Source: Lama guanicoe
Taxonomy: Eukaryota
Length of the DNA stretch: 64,000 bases
NCBI GenBank assembly: GCA_013239625.1
Contig: MU053933.1
Coordinates: 2,257,026 to 2,321,025, forward strand
Direction of reading: 5' to 3'
Numbering within the stretch: the first letter of the stretch is position 1; every line of letters begins with the position of its first letter. The notes beneath the pieces were generated by a model. That model was given only the letters and a program-made list of their open reading frames with translations, searched no databases and had not been told where the DNA came from. Positions 12,138 to 24,901 of this stretch are shown here, piece after piece. The position numbers and the translations under genes were made by a program.

Positions 12138-12143
12138 AATAAA
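12138..12143 (+). terminator. Polyadenylation signal of KRTAP10 copy 2
   Basis: AATAAA about 270 bp after the stop, followed by GT-rich sequence. Confidence 0.7.
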
Positions 12144-12994
12144 ATGTTTGTGTGGGGAAATACGGACCCATGTCTACTTCATCCTCCTCCCTGAGCCACT
12201 CTGACCACTCCAAGTCTGGGCAGTCGGGCTCTGTCTGGTAAAAACCAGGCAATGAGGACATAGTCTCGAATCTGAGCGCAAAGCAGCTGAGAAACAATAG
12301 GGTCTCAAAGAGGACGCCAAGTGCAGGCTCCATGTCCCCTCCTCCCCCAGGGCCCCCTCCCCATGGCAGACAGCCTGCCAAGGCCAGCACAGGGCTCGAG
12401 TCGGGTGCAGAAGGCTTAGACCCCAAGTGCACCTTGGGCCTCTGCTCACGCCCACCCCCTGCCCGTCCAGGTGAGAGGTGACTTGGGGAGCAGCTGAAAC
12501 CCTGTTTGGTCGGGATCTGAGAGTCCAAGACTAGCCCTGTGCTGACTTCTGTTGGAGAGAGGCGCCCTCATGGAGGCTCGCCTGTGTGCCGGGCTGCGTA
12601 TGAGTCCCTGTGGGCCTCAAGGGGGTCCAGGGGTTGGTTCAGACATCACTTGTTCTGCTCAGGGTTTCAAGGTCTGATTGGGAAGGCACAGAGAAGAAAG
12701 ACAGCTTGGGAACAAACCCTCAGAACAGCGGGCAAGGGTGAGCCAGCCATCTCAGTGGAGCTGGCGTCACGTGGGCTGCACTCAGACTGACCGGGTCAGC
12801 ACCGGGCACCCTTCCTATCCCTTCATCAGAAAGGAACTGATGAGCCCACTGGATCAGAAGGATAGTGGAGACCAGGAGCAGAAGGCACCCCCCGAGTCGG
12901 GGGTTGTAACCCCCACCCCCACCCCACCCCACTTTAGCTCTAACCAGGGAAGCGAGGACAGAGCAAAGGACCCTGAAACAGAGAGTGGCTGGAT

Positions 12995-13581
12995 ACATGC
13001 ACCCCAGTGCTCAGAGCAGCACTGCAAACAACAGCCAAGACATGGAAACAGCCTCAGTGTCCATCGACAGATGACTGGATAAAGCATCTGTGGTGTATGT
13101 ACACAATGGAATACTACTCAGCTATAAAAAAGAATAAGGTAATGCCATTTGCAGCCACATGGATGGACCTAGAGATCGTCATTCTAGGTGAACTAAGCCA
13201 GAAAGAGAAAGAAAAATACCGTAGGATATCACTCATAACTGGACTCTAAAAAAGAGAAGAAAAGAGGACACTATGAACTCATCTACAAAACAGAAACAGA
13301 GTCGCAGACATAGTAAACAGTCTTACGGTCACCAGGGGAAAGGGGGTGGGAAGGGATACTTTTGGGAGTCTGAGATTTGCAAATGCTGGCCACTATATAT
13401 AAAAATAGATTTTTAAAAGTTTCTTCTGTACAGCCCAGGGAACTATATTCAATATCTTGTAATAACCTTTAATGAAAAAAATATGAAAATGAATATATGT
13501 ATGTATATACATGACTGGGACATTGGGCTGAACGCCAGAAATTGACACACTGTAACCGACTACACTTCAATTAACAAAACA
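12995..13581 (+). mobile_element. 5'-truncated LINE-1 3' end with target-site duplication
   Basis: Same L1 3' end as 3803-4615; flanked by AAACAGAGAGTGGCTGGAT (12976-12994) and AAACAGAAGGTGGCTGGAT (13582-13600). Confidence 0.9.
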
Positions 13582-14109
13582 AAACAGAAGGTGGCTGGAT
13601 GGTAGGCCTGCTTTAACTCTTAAATCTCTCAGCTCGCTGGAGTTCATTCAGACCTGGACCCTTGTCGGTTCAAACTTAAGAAACTATGATCGTCTCCACA
13701 GATAAGCGGATAAAGGCCTTGAGGGACTCTTCACAGAACAGGGTTAGAAAGGCATGGGAAGGCTCTAGTTCACCTGCCCCAGGAAAAGTGAAAGGAGGGA
13801 CGTTGGCACACGTGGAAATCAGAACCTACCACCCACCGCAACGCCAAAATGGTCCATCTGGGGGATGAGCAGGGCGTGGGCGGCTCCTGGTCCCCCTCCA
13901 CCACCGGTGGACATCGGGACCCTCGGCGGCTCCTGATGGGAAGGCCGTGTGGGTGGTGGCCAGGCGCCCACGGCTCACTGAGCGTTAGGAGGCGGATGCT
14001 CAGAGTGCACTCTGCCGTCTCAGGTGCCACCAAACAAAGGAAGACCGGCGTGGCCGTGCGGGGTGCAAAGGAGGGGCCAGACAGGCCTCGCAGCTTGGGG
14101 CTGCCCCCG

Positions 14110-14535
14110 TGATGGGATGAACTGTGTCCCTCCAAAGCAGATGTGCTGGAGTCTGACCCCCAGAACCTCTGAATGTGACCTTACTTGGAAATGGGGTCTT
14201 TGTACATACTAAAATGAGGACAGTGAGGTGGGCCCCAACCCAGAGGACACAGGACCGTGTCCTCATTTCCAAAAAAGGAAGCTGCAGACACAGAGCCATG
14301 CACAGAGGGAAGACGGGAGAAGATGCAGGCAGGGATCAGGGTGGTGCCTGGAGCCAAGGACACCAGAGATGCCTGCAAACACGGGGAGCCAGGAGAGGGG
14401 ATGGAGCGGATTCCCTGCTGCCCTTGGAAGGGACCAGCCTCCCACACCTCGGCCTCCAGACCGTGAGACCATGCGTTTGTGCGGTTGAAGCTGCCCAGCC
14501 TGGGTGCTTTGCGTGACAGCCCAAAGAGGATGCTG
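14110..14535 (+). mobile_element. MaLR (MLT1-type) solo LTR
   Basis: TGATGGGATGAACTGTGTCCCTCCAAA..GAATGTGACCTTACTTGGAAATGGGGTCTTTG.. resembles the MLT1 5' consensus. Confidence 0.75.
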
Positions 14536-15214
14536 CAGCCCCTCCCCAACTCTGGCCCTTGCAGAGGGTGGAGAGGTCAAGAAGAGGGTGCTTGTGGGTC
14601 AGGGACCCAGGCCCTGGGGTGCTGAGCTCTGGAGAGCATTCCTTGGAGAAAGCTGTCCCTGAGGGAGGGAGGACTGGGGCCTTTACATCCTCTGCAGGCA
14701 AGGGAGGGGGCTCCCAGGGGGTCACCACGAGAGCGGCAGAGTCCCCTGCAGGGAGGACCACCACTGCCCCAGGCCGTGATGCCCAGAATCTGTGCTGGAT
14801 GCTCGGGGAGGGGGCACAGGTGTGGGCTAAGAGGAATGCTGCCTGAGAGTCCCCGCGGCCCCGGTGTGGACCCACGGGAGAGAGGGCAGGGTGGACTCAG
14901 GCCAGGGGGGAGAGCCTGGAGCAGGACAGGCCTGGGCAGAAAGACCGTCAGCCTCTGAGTGACCGAGGAGGGAAGGTTCGGCTGGAGGGGCTCTTCCCCC
15001 GGCCGGGGGCACAGGGCAGGAAGAGCCCGCAGGGGGAGAATGGGCTCCGAGACCGGCAGCAGGGCCGGGGAGTCGGCTCCGCAGCCCCCGCGTGGCTCTC
15101 CTTCCTGCCCTTTGTGTCCCCACTTCCACCCACAACCCCGAAGGTCACCACACAGTTGAAGGATCAGAGACGGAGTGTGGAAGGGGGGGCTGTGCCACCG
15201 AGAAGCCGGCCGGC

Positions 15215-15610
15215 CTGTGGCTGCCGTAAAAGTGACCACGAACGTGGCTGAAGCAGCTCAAACGTGCTGCCCCCCAGCCGTGGAGGCAGAATGGGAAGGA
15301 GTCTCCCGGCCACAGTTGGGGTGTGGGCGGGCGGGCTTCCCTGGAGGCTCCAGGGCAGAGTGTGACCCCTGTCCTTTCAGCTTCTAGAGGCCCTGCATCC
15401 TCGGCTCGTGGCCTCGAGTCTTGCTTGCCCCTCCCGTGGCCTCCCCTTCTGTGGCCGTCTCCCCGCCCCCCATCAGTCCCACCTGGAGGACTCAGAGCAT
15501 CTCCCATCTCAAGGCCCTCAATTTACTCCCGTCCACAAAGTTGCTTTGCCGTGTAAGGGGACGTATCGCAGGTCCTGAGGGCAGGACGTGGCATCCCTGG
15601 GGAACCACGG
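15215..15610 (-). mobile_element. Degenerate MaLR (MLT1-type) LTR
   Basis: GGCTGCCGTAAAAGTGACCAC..TTCCCTGGAGGCTCCAGGGCAGAG..CCTTTCAGCTTCTAGAGG resembles the MLT1 reverse strand. Confidence 0.6.
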
Positions 15611-16269
15611 AAGTCCCCCCCCCGCCCCCATCAGGCTCTTTCCCACCCATGGGGAGGGGGAGGAGCCCTGCGTATCCACAGAGCATACGGGTTTAATTTA
15701 GTGATGTGAGCGCCACCTATCAATGCTGCGCAGAAGGACATTTTACACAAAAGGGGTGAGTTCAGGACCTTAATGCCCTCGGTCCACCCAGAGCAGGGTG
15801 AGGACTGGCCTCGTAAGGTCAGGGGACAGAGCTGGGTCCCTCACCTGAGCGCTGGGAGTTCACCTTTGGCACGAGCTTGGTCACCCACATGGTCATCTGG
15901 TGACCTGACCTGCTCTGTAAAAGGAATTTTCTAGAATCGGGGGGAACCACCCCCGGAGGAAGCAGTTTAGGGAATGGCAGGAGGGGAGAGACACTGCTCC
16001 GCGAGCATCGCGCTCTGACGTGTACTGGAACTTCAGTGCGGGAGGCTGCCGAGCCTGGACGCCGCCCCAGCCGGCGTGGGCGCCGGGCAGGTGACCCCGC
16101 CGGGGATGAGGCCCTCAGCCTGGCCGGCTGGGATCGAGCAGCCTCGCTGCGATGCAGTCTCGTTGGGCGCGGAAGGTGTGGAGAGGACGATGTCTGGGCC
16201 GCCCCCTGGGAGTTCAGAGTTGGCTGCTTCTGACCCACACACGGGCAGGGGTCCCGGCAGGGCCTGGGC

Positions 16270-16529
16270 TCAGCAGCAGGAAGGGACACCACAGGGGATG
16301 GGTCTGCAGACCAGGGCGGGGCAGGAGGGCTGGCAGCACCCGGAGGACTGGCGGGAGGGGGCCACACACACAGGGGCTTGCAGCTCACGGGCAGCCGTGT
16401 GGTCAGCTTGCAGCTCACAGGCACGCACACGACAGGCCTGCGGCTCAGTGACACACAGCAAGTCTGCCGGCAGGGGCCGGGCTCACGGCAGGCCGGCCGG
16501 CAGCCCGCAGAGCAGCTAGTGTGGCACCT
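16270..16529 (-). pseudogene. KRTAP12: KRTAP12-family pseudogene
   Basis: Minus strand reads AGG-TGC-CAC-ACT-AGC-TGC where paralogs have ATG-TGC-CAC-ACC-AGC-TGC (MCHTSC). It ends VCVAPSRQSSGCCQPSCPALVCRPIPCGVPSCC*. The 260-nt span is not a multiple of 3, and the TATA box is altered to CATAAA (16631-16636). Confidence 0.85.
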
Positions 16530-17988
16530 GGAGGTGAGGCGCTGAGGTGGGGCCAGGACTGAGGGCTGGGTGCTTTGCGTGATAGCCCAAAGACTCAGGG
16601 CTGGGCTGGAGGCTCCTCCCCTGGGTGACCTTTATGCCCGGGCCATGGCCTCCTGGCCACAAGGCACGCGAGCGCCCTCCTCCCGGCCGCCTGCTGTTTT
16701 TCCTCCTCGTCCCTCCCCACAGTCTCTTCCTGGAGTTCCCGGTGGAAGTGACCCAGTTCGGGAAGCTCCTTCTCAGCGGGAGGCACCCAGTGACACAGTG
16801 GTCCTGCGACTTCTGTGATTGGAGCCTGGGCTGGATAGGGAAGGGCCACCACGTGGGGACGGAAGTCTCGCATCGTATTTTCAGGGTCCGCCCCAGTTGT
16901 AAGGACCCTGTGTCCGTCTGCACAAGCACAGCGTCCCCAACTTTGATGCGGAAACTCGGTGATCCAGGAGGTTCTTCCGCAGGGTTGGGCTCCTCACTGG
17001 GAGCCGCAGCCACATTACTGCCACGATCGCAGCGACGGGGTTCCAGCTTCGTGCCGGGGCTGAGCTAAGCGTTTCACGTGGACCCCCTTGTAACCGATTA
17101 ATGACCAGTCCTGCCACCGCCCGGGGGCGGCTGGAGCCCCGTGTGCACAGGCGGTCCCTCAGGGCGATTCAGAAGGAGCCCATGACGGGCGCACGGTCTC
17201 AGCGCTGAGACGGAGAAGCAGGTACTTGGAGGTGTCAGCCCCCTGGGTCCCGGGTCCTCACATTGTGCCGCATGCGCTGGGGCCCTGGGCGTGTGCTCTG
17301 AGATTCCTGCATCTGTCAATTGGAATTTTTTTTTAAAAAGTCAAATTTGGGAATTTTATCTGCTATTTCTTCCCAGTTTTCTTATATATCAGTGTCATTC
17401 TCCTCTCCTCCCCAGGCAGAAATCACTTGCACGTTAGCCTCTCTGATGTTGTCTCACAGGCCTCCTCATCTTTCTTAGCTCCTTGTCCCCCTTCTTCAGG
17501 TTGGATGATTTCCACTGACGTGTCCTCAGGTCCACCGAGCCTTTCCTCTATCAGCCCAGGGTGGTGACGCCTGCTCCTCGGTTCCCACGGTCGGAATCCT
17601 CCACCGGCCCCCGCACCCTGTCGGCCCGAGCTGTGGGATTCCCCACTGCCCCTGGAACTGCCCGTTTCTGCAGCCGTGTCCTCACAGCCCCCTGGCTGCC
17701 TCTGCCTGGAGCGCCGCCCCAACCCCCTCTCTGGACGCAGAGCCAGCTCAGCGTCGCCTCCCCTCCCGAGGCCCCCAGACCACCCACCAGCTCCCCACTT
17801 CTCTCCACCTGCTGAGCCTGCTCTCCTTTCCGGGACTCAGCCCCTCTGGAATCATCTCATGCACGAATGTTTCATGCACTCATTTGCTCACTGCCCTGGA
17901 AGGCTCAGGCGGCGGGGGCATCTCTCTCGCCAGCACGCAGTGTAATTTGTTGCATGAACGAACCAGCTCTTGTACTGATTACTGTGAA

Positions 17989-18180
17989 GCAGGAGCCGGC
18001 GAACTTTCTGTAAAGGGCAGAGAGCGAGACTCTCAGGCTCCGCGGTCACGCGGCCTTCCTCAGCACAGCTCAGCGTGGCCGGGCGAGCGGCCCCGGACGC
18101 TAAGCACGCAGGCGGGCGGTGCCCACAGAGCTCCGCTGCCACACAGGCAGCAGGCCAGCGCTGTCCCACAGGCTCCCGCT
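17989..18180 (+). mobile_element. MER58-like hAT DNA transposon relic
   Basis: CAGGAGCCGGCGAACTTTCTGTAAAGGGCAGAGAG.. resembles the MER58 5' end; heavily diverged. Confidence 0.55.
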
Positions 18181-18511
18181 TCGGCGTTTTCCTCTGCAAA
18201 AAACCCTCAAAGTACAGTATTGCCTCAAAGTCTTCGTTGACGTCATGAGACCTAAAGGAGTAAGAGGTTACAGCACCGAGTCCATGCAAGGGTGCGCTGG
18301 GCACAGTGATGGCCGGAGGAACAACACACACCCCACGTAAAGTCAGACCAGAACATCCTGCTTACGGGCGGAGGAATTGGCCTCAAAGCCAAACTAATTT
18401 GTGGTGAAGAACAATACAGGAAAGTGCGTCCCATGATAATAAGGCGTTGGCAACAACCTCGAGGAAGTCAGCAGGTGAGCTTCTGTGCTGCTGGGACGCC
18501 CACGGCCCGGG

Positions 18512-18517
18512 TATAAA
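18512..18517 (+). promoter_or_regulatory. TATA box of KRTAP12 (+)
   Basis: GGGTATAAAGGC, 75 bp upstream of ATG 18587. Confidence 0.8.
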
Positions 18518-18586
18518 GGCAGCCCGGGCAGGGAGGCTGCAGACATCACCGCCCTCCTCCCGACGCCAGCCCAGCCCTAAGCCACC

Positions 18587-18934
18587 ATGTGCCACACCAG
18601 CTGCTCCTCCGGCTGCCAGGCTGCCTGCTACGTGCCCAGCTCCGGCCAGGCGTCCTGCTGCACGTCCAGGCCCTGCCAGGCGTCCTGCTATGTGCCCCTG
18701 ACCTGTAAGCCAGCTGTGTGCGTGCCCGTGAGCTGCAGGCCCGTGTGCCTGCCCGTGAGCTGCAGGCCCACCGTGGGTGTGGCCCCCTCCTGCCAGTCCT
18801 TTGTGCGTGTGCCCGTGAGCTACAAACAGGTCGTGTACGTGGCCCCCTCCTGCCAGTCCTCCGGGTGCCTCCAGCCCTCCTGCCCTACCCTGGTCTACAG
18901 ACCCTCCTCCTGTAGCACTCCCTCGTGCTTTTGA
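18587..18934 (+). CDS. KRTAP12: Keratin-associated protein, KRTAP12 family (115 aa)
   Basis: MCHTSCSSGCQ.. start, VCVPVSCRP repeats, APSCQSSGC.QPSCPTLVYRP..STPSC end; GCCACCATG, TATA box, AATAAA at 19188-19193. Confidence 0.92.
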   Translation: MCHTSCSSGCQAACYVPSSGQASCCTSRPCQASCYVPLTCKPAVCVPVSCRPVCLPVSCRPTVGVAPSCQSFVRVPVSYKQVVYVAPSCQSSGCLQPSCPTLVYRPSSCSTPSCF

Positions 18935-19257
18935 CTGTGAGCCTCCTCCCAGCTGCCCCCTGTGCAGATGAGTTCATACCTGTGCCCCTCCCAGAACGAG
19001 TCCTCCATGGGCCTCCAGGTTCTGCACGTGGCAGATGGAAAGCGTGCTCCACCAACCCCCGACCTCCGGGGTGAGAATGTGGACGGATGACCTGGACCCT
19101 TCCGTGAACTTGTGCACCCCCCTCAGGAAGCCCTGGCTCCCGGGGTCCCTCTCGGTCTCCAGCAGGAAACCACACCCGTGTGAGCCAAATAAACCGTGCT
19201 TTCTCAATGCAGCCATGTCCCTCCATTTTATCTTCACATATTTTGAAGTTTTCTTCT

Positions 19258-20773
19258 GTTATTTTTCCCCCACTAGAGAGCAGTTTATCATCTTTAGACT
19301 CAAGGAATTAAAGGCGTGGGTGCAGACTATGCCAGGCCCAGGGCGTTGCGGCTCCTGGGGGCAGGCCCAGCTGCAGCAACGTGCAGGGAAATGGCGGGGC
19401 AGCAGTCAGCAGGTTTGGTCTTCAACGTGGGGGGAAGGAGCGATGATTTTGGGGGCTGGGGAGCAGCAGGAAGAAGAAAGTGGTCTGAGGAGGGGGTGGG
19501 GCCCAGAGGGGCGGAGTTGAAAGGGAAGAGGAAGGAGGCCCCTCCCCACGCACGGTGCTGAGGAGAAGGCACTGGGCTCAGTCTCCTCCTGCCCCGCCCC
19601 CACCCACAGAAGACGGGGGTGGGGGTGGGGGGGTCCTTGTCTCCTCCTCCTTTCAGGGGCCCAGAGGCTGTTTCCGGCTGAGCCTTTAAAAGATTCTGTC
19701 AAACTCATACGTGCTGATCATGGTGGCGCAGGAGGGAGCAGCCTTGAGGGTCCTCAGGAGGAAGCCTGTGAAGAGTCCCCTGGTGCCGGCTCGGCCTGGG
19801 TCCCCTGCAGCAGCAGCCAGGTGGAGTCGGCGTGCGGGGGCATCGCTCTCACTGCCTCCACGGCTCCCCGCGTGACCTGGCCTTGAGTCTTCACCACATC
19901 GAAGGGTAGAGTCGGGGTGGCCACCACCGTCCCCGAGATGCCGCCAGCCACAAAGCTGATGCCCACGGAGGTCTGGTCCTTTGGCCTGAGCCCGCTCAGC
20001 CAGCCCTTCACCAGCTCGTGACTGAACCAGTACAGGGCTGAGAAGGGCACATCCCGAAGGGCAGTGGGACCCCAGTGAGCCACAGCGAGCGCCAGCCGCC
20101 CTGAGCCACAGCAGCTCGGACACAGGTGCCCAGCTCCCGGTACACCAGCTGCCGAGCCTGCAGCTTTGTCCGCACCAGCTCCAGGGGGCTGGCCACAGTC
20201 ACCGTGCCCAGGCGGGCCAGTGCACCGGCCACCATCGGTGCACAGAGGTCTGAGGTCAGGGCTCGACCACACAGGAAGGCCATGAGCTGGCCATAGGCGG
20301 TGGAGCAGACGGTGGCCGCTGGCACAGTCACACCAGGGTGGCTGGGCGGCCACTCCACAGGGTCCTGGTGCCCTCGTGTCCCACAGTCTTCACAGAGGCA
20401 CCCGTGGTGCCAGCGAAGCAAGTGGGGTCCTGACACCCGGCGGCACAGCGGGCACCCCTCGGGCCCGGGACGGCGCGGAGCACAGGAGGCGCTTCCCCGC
20501 GGGCTGAGGGGAGCAGGGCAGTTTGGTGCCGGAGAGGCTGCAGAGTCCCGGGGTGGGGGGCAGTAGCTCGCGGGCCCCCGAGGGGCCATGAGGAGGGAGG
20601 GCACCACAGCCCCAGCGCCCGAGGCCGCCATCTGTTGGAGGGGGCTGATGGCCCCGGCCCTGGTCACCGCCTTGCGGCCTGGGGTCTGGCTCCAGGCCGG
20701 CACCCGCGCGGCGGGTGATCGGGGCCGGGCGGGCCCGTGGCGGCTCCGCGGCCAGCGTGGGGTCCGCGCCAGC
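19258..20773 (-). pseudogene. SLC25A39: Processed pseudogene of mitochondrial carrier SLC25A39
   Basis: Intronless, frameshifted pieces: ISPLQQMAASGAGAVV, FLCGRALTSDLCAPMVAGALARLGTVTV.SPLEL.RTKLQA, WGPTALRDVPFSALYWF..ELVK..RPKDQTSVG.SFVAGGISG, LPFDVVKTQ, KAAPSCA.MISTYEF. Premature TAA at about 19686; 5' and 3' UTRs present; 15-bp TSD TTGAAGTTTTCTTCT at 19243-19257 and 20774-20788. Confidence 0.92.
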
Positions 20774-20788
20774 TTGAAGTTTTCTTCT

Positions 20789-20913
20789 TTTTTTTTTTTA
20801 ATTGTTTGTTTTTTGGAAGGAGGAGGTAATTAGGTTTATTTATTTGCTTGTTTTCTGTAATGGAGGCACTGGGGATTATGCCCAGGACCTCCTGCATGCT
20901 AAGCACACACTCT
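20789..20913 (-). mobile_element. Vic-1-type SINE, 5'-truncated
   Basis: Reverse strand reads GTGCTTAGCATGCAGGAGGTCCTGGG..CCCCAGTGCCTCC..AAATAAACCTAATTACCTCC followed by poly(A). Confidence 0.85.
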
Positions 20914-21599
20914 TCGAAGTTCTCTCCTTGGAGGTGTGAACAAAGCACAGCACAGCAGCCCCTCGCAGAGCCTCCTCCTGGCGGCCCAGCTGGGGTGGGG
21001 GACCTTGGTGAGTGGAGGGTCAGGAAGGTGTGCCCCCATGTCCACCCCTCGAGACTCATGCCGTGGGTGGGGGAGGACTTCCCTTCCTTTGAGTGGCGGA
21101 CAGGGAACAGGCCTGGGTCCCACCTGGTCCCTAAAGGATGACTACACAGGGAGGGCCAGAAACACCCACACAAACCCACCACACTTACAGTGGGGAGGCT
21201 GGATGTCCCAGGAGAAGAGGCAGGAAGTCTGAGAAAGCCTCACCCTCCTAGCCCCGGGCACACAGGGCCTGCTAAGGCTGGCCCTGGACCAGGACCAGAG
21301 AGCCCTCCTGGCTCCCGACTCCAGCCCGGCCAGCGCAGCTGCCTGAGCAGTGCTGGTCTCCACCAGGGAAAGGCAGATACGTGTAGAGGTCCCTTCTGTG
21401 TGCCAGGCAAGCAGGGCCAGCTGAAAACATAGGGCAGAGCAAAACATTGCGTCCCCCAGCTCTTGTCCTAAGCACAAGACACTGGCATCCCCACTGGAAT
21501 CTGAAGTTGCTGGTACCCTGAAAGTCCCAAACTGAGGCCAACACCTGAGCAGGTTGATTCAAACCTCCCTCCCACACATTGATGCCTTACAGAAGAGAC

Positions 21600-23520
21600 A
21601 CAGCCATTCCCAGGAGGAAACACTTTATGTTCATTGAAATGAACACATGATATCTGAGATTCAACAAAACGTAGAAGACATACAAAAAAAGCGGGGTGGT
21701 GGTGGTGGTAATAAATCCACTGTCAAGAGAGAAAGCCATCAACATAATTAGACTCCAAGTGACCCAGAGGTTGGAGCTGTCGGGCTGGAATTTTAAAATA
21801 ACTATGACTAATATGTTAAAGGATTGCATGTAAAACATAGACTACACATATGAACAGATGGGAATTGCAGCAGAGACGTGGAAACCACGAGAGAGAGTCA
21901 CATGGAGAGTGCAGAATCAAATACAACATCAAAGGCGAATTCCTTCAGTGTGCTCTTCAGCAGACATGACACAGCCAAGTGTGCAATCACTGAGTCTGAA
22001 GACAGGGAAATAGAGCCCTATTAAAACACAAAAAGTACGACGGGTGGGGGGAGAATAGAGCACCAAGGCTCCAGGGCAATATCAAGTTATCACTGATGCA
22101 CATAATTAGAATCCTGGAGAGAGAGTAAGGCACAGAAATTACTTATCCGTAGAAGGGATATTTGAAGAAATAATATGAGAAATTCTCTAAAAATGATGAA
22201 AGACATCAGACCATGAATTCAAACATATCAGAGTACTTAAGGTAGGATAAATGTCTCCCTCCCCAAAAAATGAACTGGAAACACCATATTAAAACTGTGG
22301 CTGTCAAAAACCAAAAGTAAAGGGGAAATCTTGACAGCATCCACACGGAAAAGACATGCTATATACAGAACAAAGATAGGAATTATATCAGAGTTCTGAT
22401 TAGAAATTATACAATCCAAAAGACAGTGGAATGATATCTTTAAAACACTAAAAGAAAAATCTGTCAGTCCTATGAAGCAGAGTATCTTTCAAAAATGAAA
22501 GTCAAATAAGCACTTTTTCAGATAAACAAAAAACGAGAGTGATTAACAGAAGATATTCACTACAAGAAATATTAAGAAAAAATCTTCAAGCCAAGGACTA
22601 TGACAGCGTGGAGAAACCTGGATCTACACAAGGAAGAGAATGGTTCTAGAAGTGATTTTAAAGAGATAAATACAAAAACGATTACAAGATAACTGACACT
22701 TAGAGCAAATATAGTAACAGTTCTCAGCGTACATAAAAGTAAAATATGACAATCACACAGAGGACAGGGAAGGGAAGCAGAAGTGCACTGCTGTGAAGTC
22801 CTGATGCTACAGATGACACGGCGTGAGACTACTTGGAGGTAGACTGTGTTATATTAAAGCTGTGTGTTATAAACTCTAGATCGATCAGCTTCCAAAAGAT
22901 CAACAAGTAATGAGTCAAAAGTAGAGATGAAATGGAATAAATAAAAATATCAAACCTAAAAAGAAGGAAAAGAGAAAAAGGAACAGATGGTTCTCTGATA
23001 TAGCTAGCAAGATTGTATTTTTACATTTAAATATATAAACAATTATATTAAATGTGAAATATCTAAACATCAAAATCAAAAGACAGAGATTTTCAAATTG
23101 GATAAAAAAACAAGAGCCGACTATGAGCTGACTATCAGAAATCCCACTTTAATTATAAAAATATAGACAGGTTAAAAGTAAGCAAATGGAAAAATATACC
23201 ACACAAACACTAATCAGATAAAGCTGGAATGTCTATATTAATATCAATAAAGTATATTTCAGAGCAAGACATATTACCAGGGATAAAGAGAGAGATGATA
23301 TAATACTAAAGGGGCTGACTCATCAGGAAAACTTAACAATTCTAAATGTGTAAGCACCTAACAACAGTTTCAAACACATAAAACAAACAAACAAAATGAT
23401 AGAACTAAAAGGAGAAACAGACAAACCCACAATTATCGCCTGACTTCAGCTTCTCAGCAATCAAACAAGTAGACAGAAAGTCAGTAAGGACAGAAGAGCC
23501 TGACGATGCTGTTTACCTGC
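21600..23520 (+). mobile_element. Old LINE-1 fragment (ORF1 through ORF2 endonuclease)
   Basis: A-rich, with decayed ORF1-like (GATATTTGAAGAAATAAT, AGACAGTGGAATGATATCTTTAAA) and ORF2 EN-like (ATTATATTAAATGT, AAAGCTGGAATGTCTATATTAATATCA, CTAAATGTGTAAGCACCTAACAAC) motifs. Boundaries approximate. Confidence 0.75.
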
Positions 23521-24847
23521 TCGACCAGCTGGTATTTACAGAATTCTCTTGCAATTCTTACCTCCACCTGTGCGCATGTCTCTAACTGACGTCTGCCGAA
23601 ACAACGGCGCACGTGTGTGCGGCGGGGACGCCCGCAGCACGTGTGTCCCAGTTCCCAGCTCACATACATGTCCGCAAAGCCCAGAAGTGTGGGAACCAGG
23701 ACGTGTGGGGGTCGGGGAGGTCCAGGTGGGTGCAGAGGGGGGCGTGTTCTGCCCTGACTGAGCGAGCCAGGGTGTGAGGGCCCCAGGACCTCCTTGGAAC
23801 ATAGGAAGGGAGTGATGGCATTGCAGACACCAGGAGCCCCGTCCACTCCTTGTGGCATGGCCCCCCGACTGGCCAACCACTTACGCAGAGAATGATGAGT
23901 CAGGATGGGGGAGGATGGGGCGGCCCTGATCCTTCTCCTGGGCGAGTGGGAGGCAGTGTGCACACTGAGACGTGAACAGCTGACTGGGCACGTTTTGTGG
24001 GGCATTTTCACTGTCCTGGTGGAACTTGCTCCCAAGAGTCCAGCATCTTGGACATGGGGACCCTTTGGAATCCACATTGTGCCAGTGTCACCCTCCAGAT
24101 GTCCTCGTCAGCCGCCATCTGGCCTGCAACCCAGCTCATGACCTCTCTCAGACTCAGATGCCTCAACTCTACCAAGGGGAGTAAGAATTGCTTCCTCAGA
24201 GACGTGAAGGGAAGGTTTCTGGAAATCGTGGGTGGAGAAGACCACGCAGGGCCTGGTGCGAGGGGGCTGGCAGGGACACGTGGGGCTGAATTCCGTCATT
24301 CTCAATGGTGACCTGCTGGTCTGCTCTCCCCAGGGGCTGTGGGGCCCTGGGCCCCAGTCATCCTGGTGGGACAGTCCTGTCGTGGGCCAGCTCCGGGTGG
24401 TCCCCACGGGTGGGAGTCTGGGCGCATCACGCCGGTGCCCTCCCCTCCTTCCCAACAGCAGGACCCCACGCCAGCCGGCAGGACGCCCAAACATCCCCAC
24501 AGGAAGAAGCCCCAGGTGGGGCCCCGGGCCGGGGGCTGTCGTGCACAGACACTGGGGCGTGCGAGGGTGGGCGCCCACCCGGGACACTCAGGGACTCGGT
24601 GGACAAGGGCACAGGACCCTGACTCCCTGGGGACCATCTGTCCACACCCTGCAGTAGGACCCAGTGCCCCCGGCCCAGCAGAGCCCAGCCCGGTGTGGGC
24701 TGCGGCCGCTCCCAGCTCAGGGGCTGTGCTTCGTGTGCGGGGTCTCCTTGTGGGACCGGCTTCACGGGGCCCCCAAAACAGGAAGAGGAAAGTGCAACCA
24801 GCGCCAGCAGCACACAGTGGACCTGTTGCCGGGACACAGGGCCCGGG

Positions 24848-24854
24848 TAATAAA
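24848..24854 (+). promoter_or_regulatory. TATA-like box of the divergent KAP-like gene
   Basis: GCCCGGGTAATAAAGGCTGC aligns with the KRTAP12 promoter GCCCGGGTATAAAGGCAGC. Confidence 0.65.
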
Positions 24855-24901
24855 GGCTGCGCGGGGAAGGAGCTGCCAGACCCGCCCAGCCCCACACCAC
24901 C

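Noticed and set aside
19686..20703. Functional mitochondrial carrier gene
   Set aside because: Homology is split over several frames, the start codon is lost, there is a premature stop, no introns, and TSDs are present.
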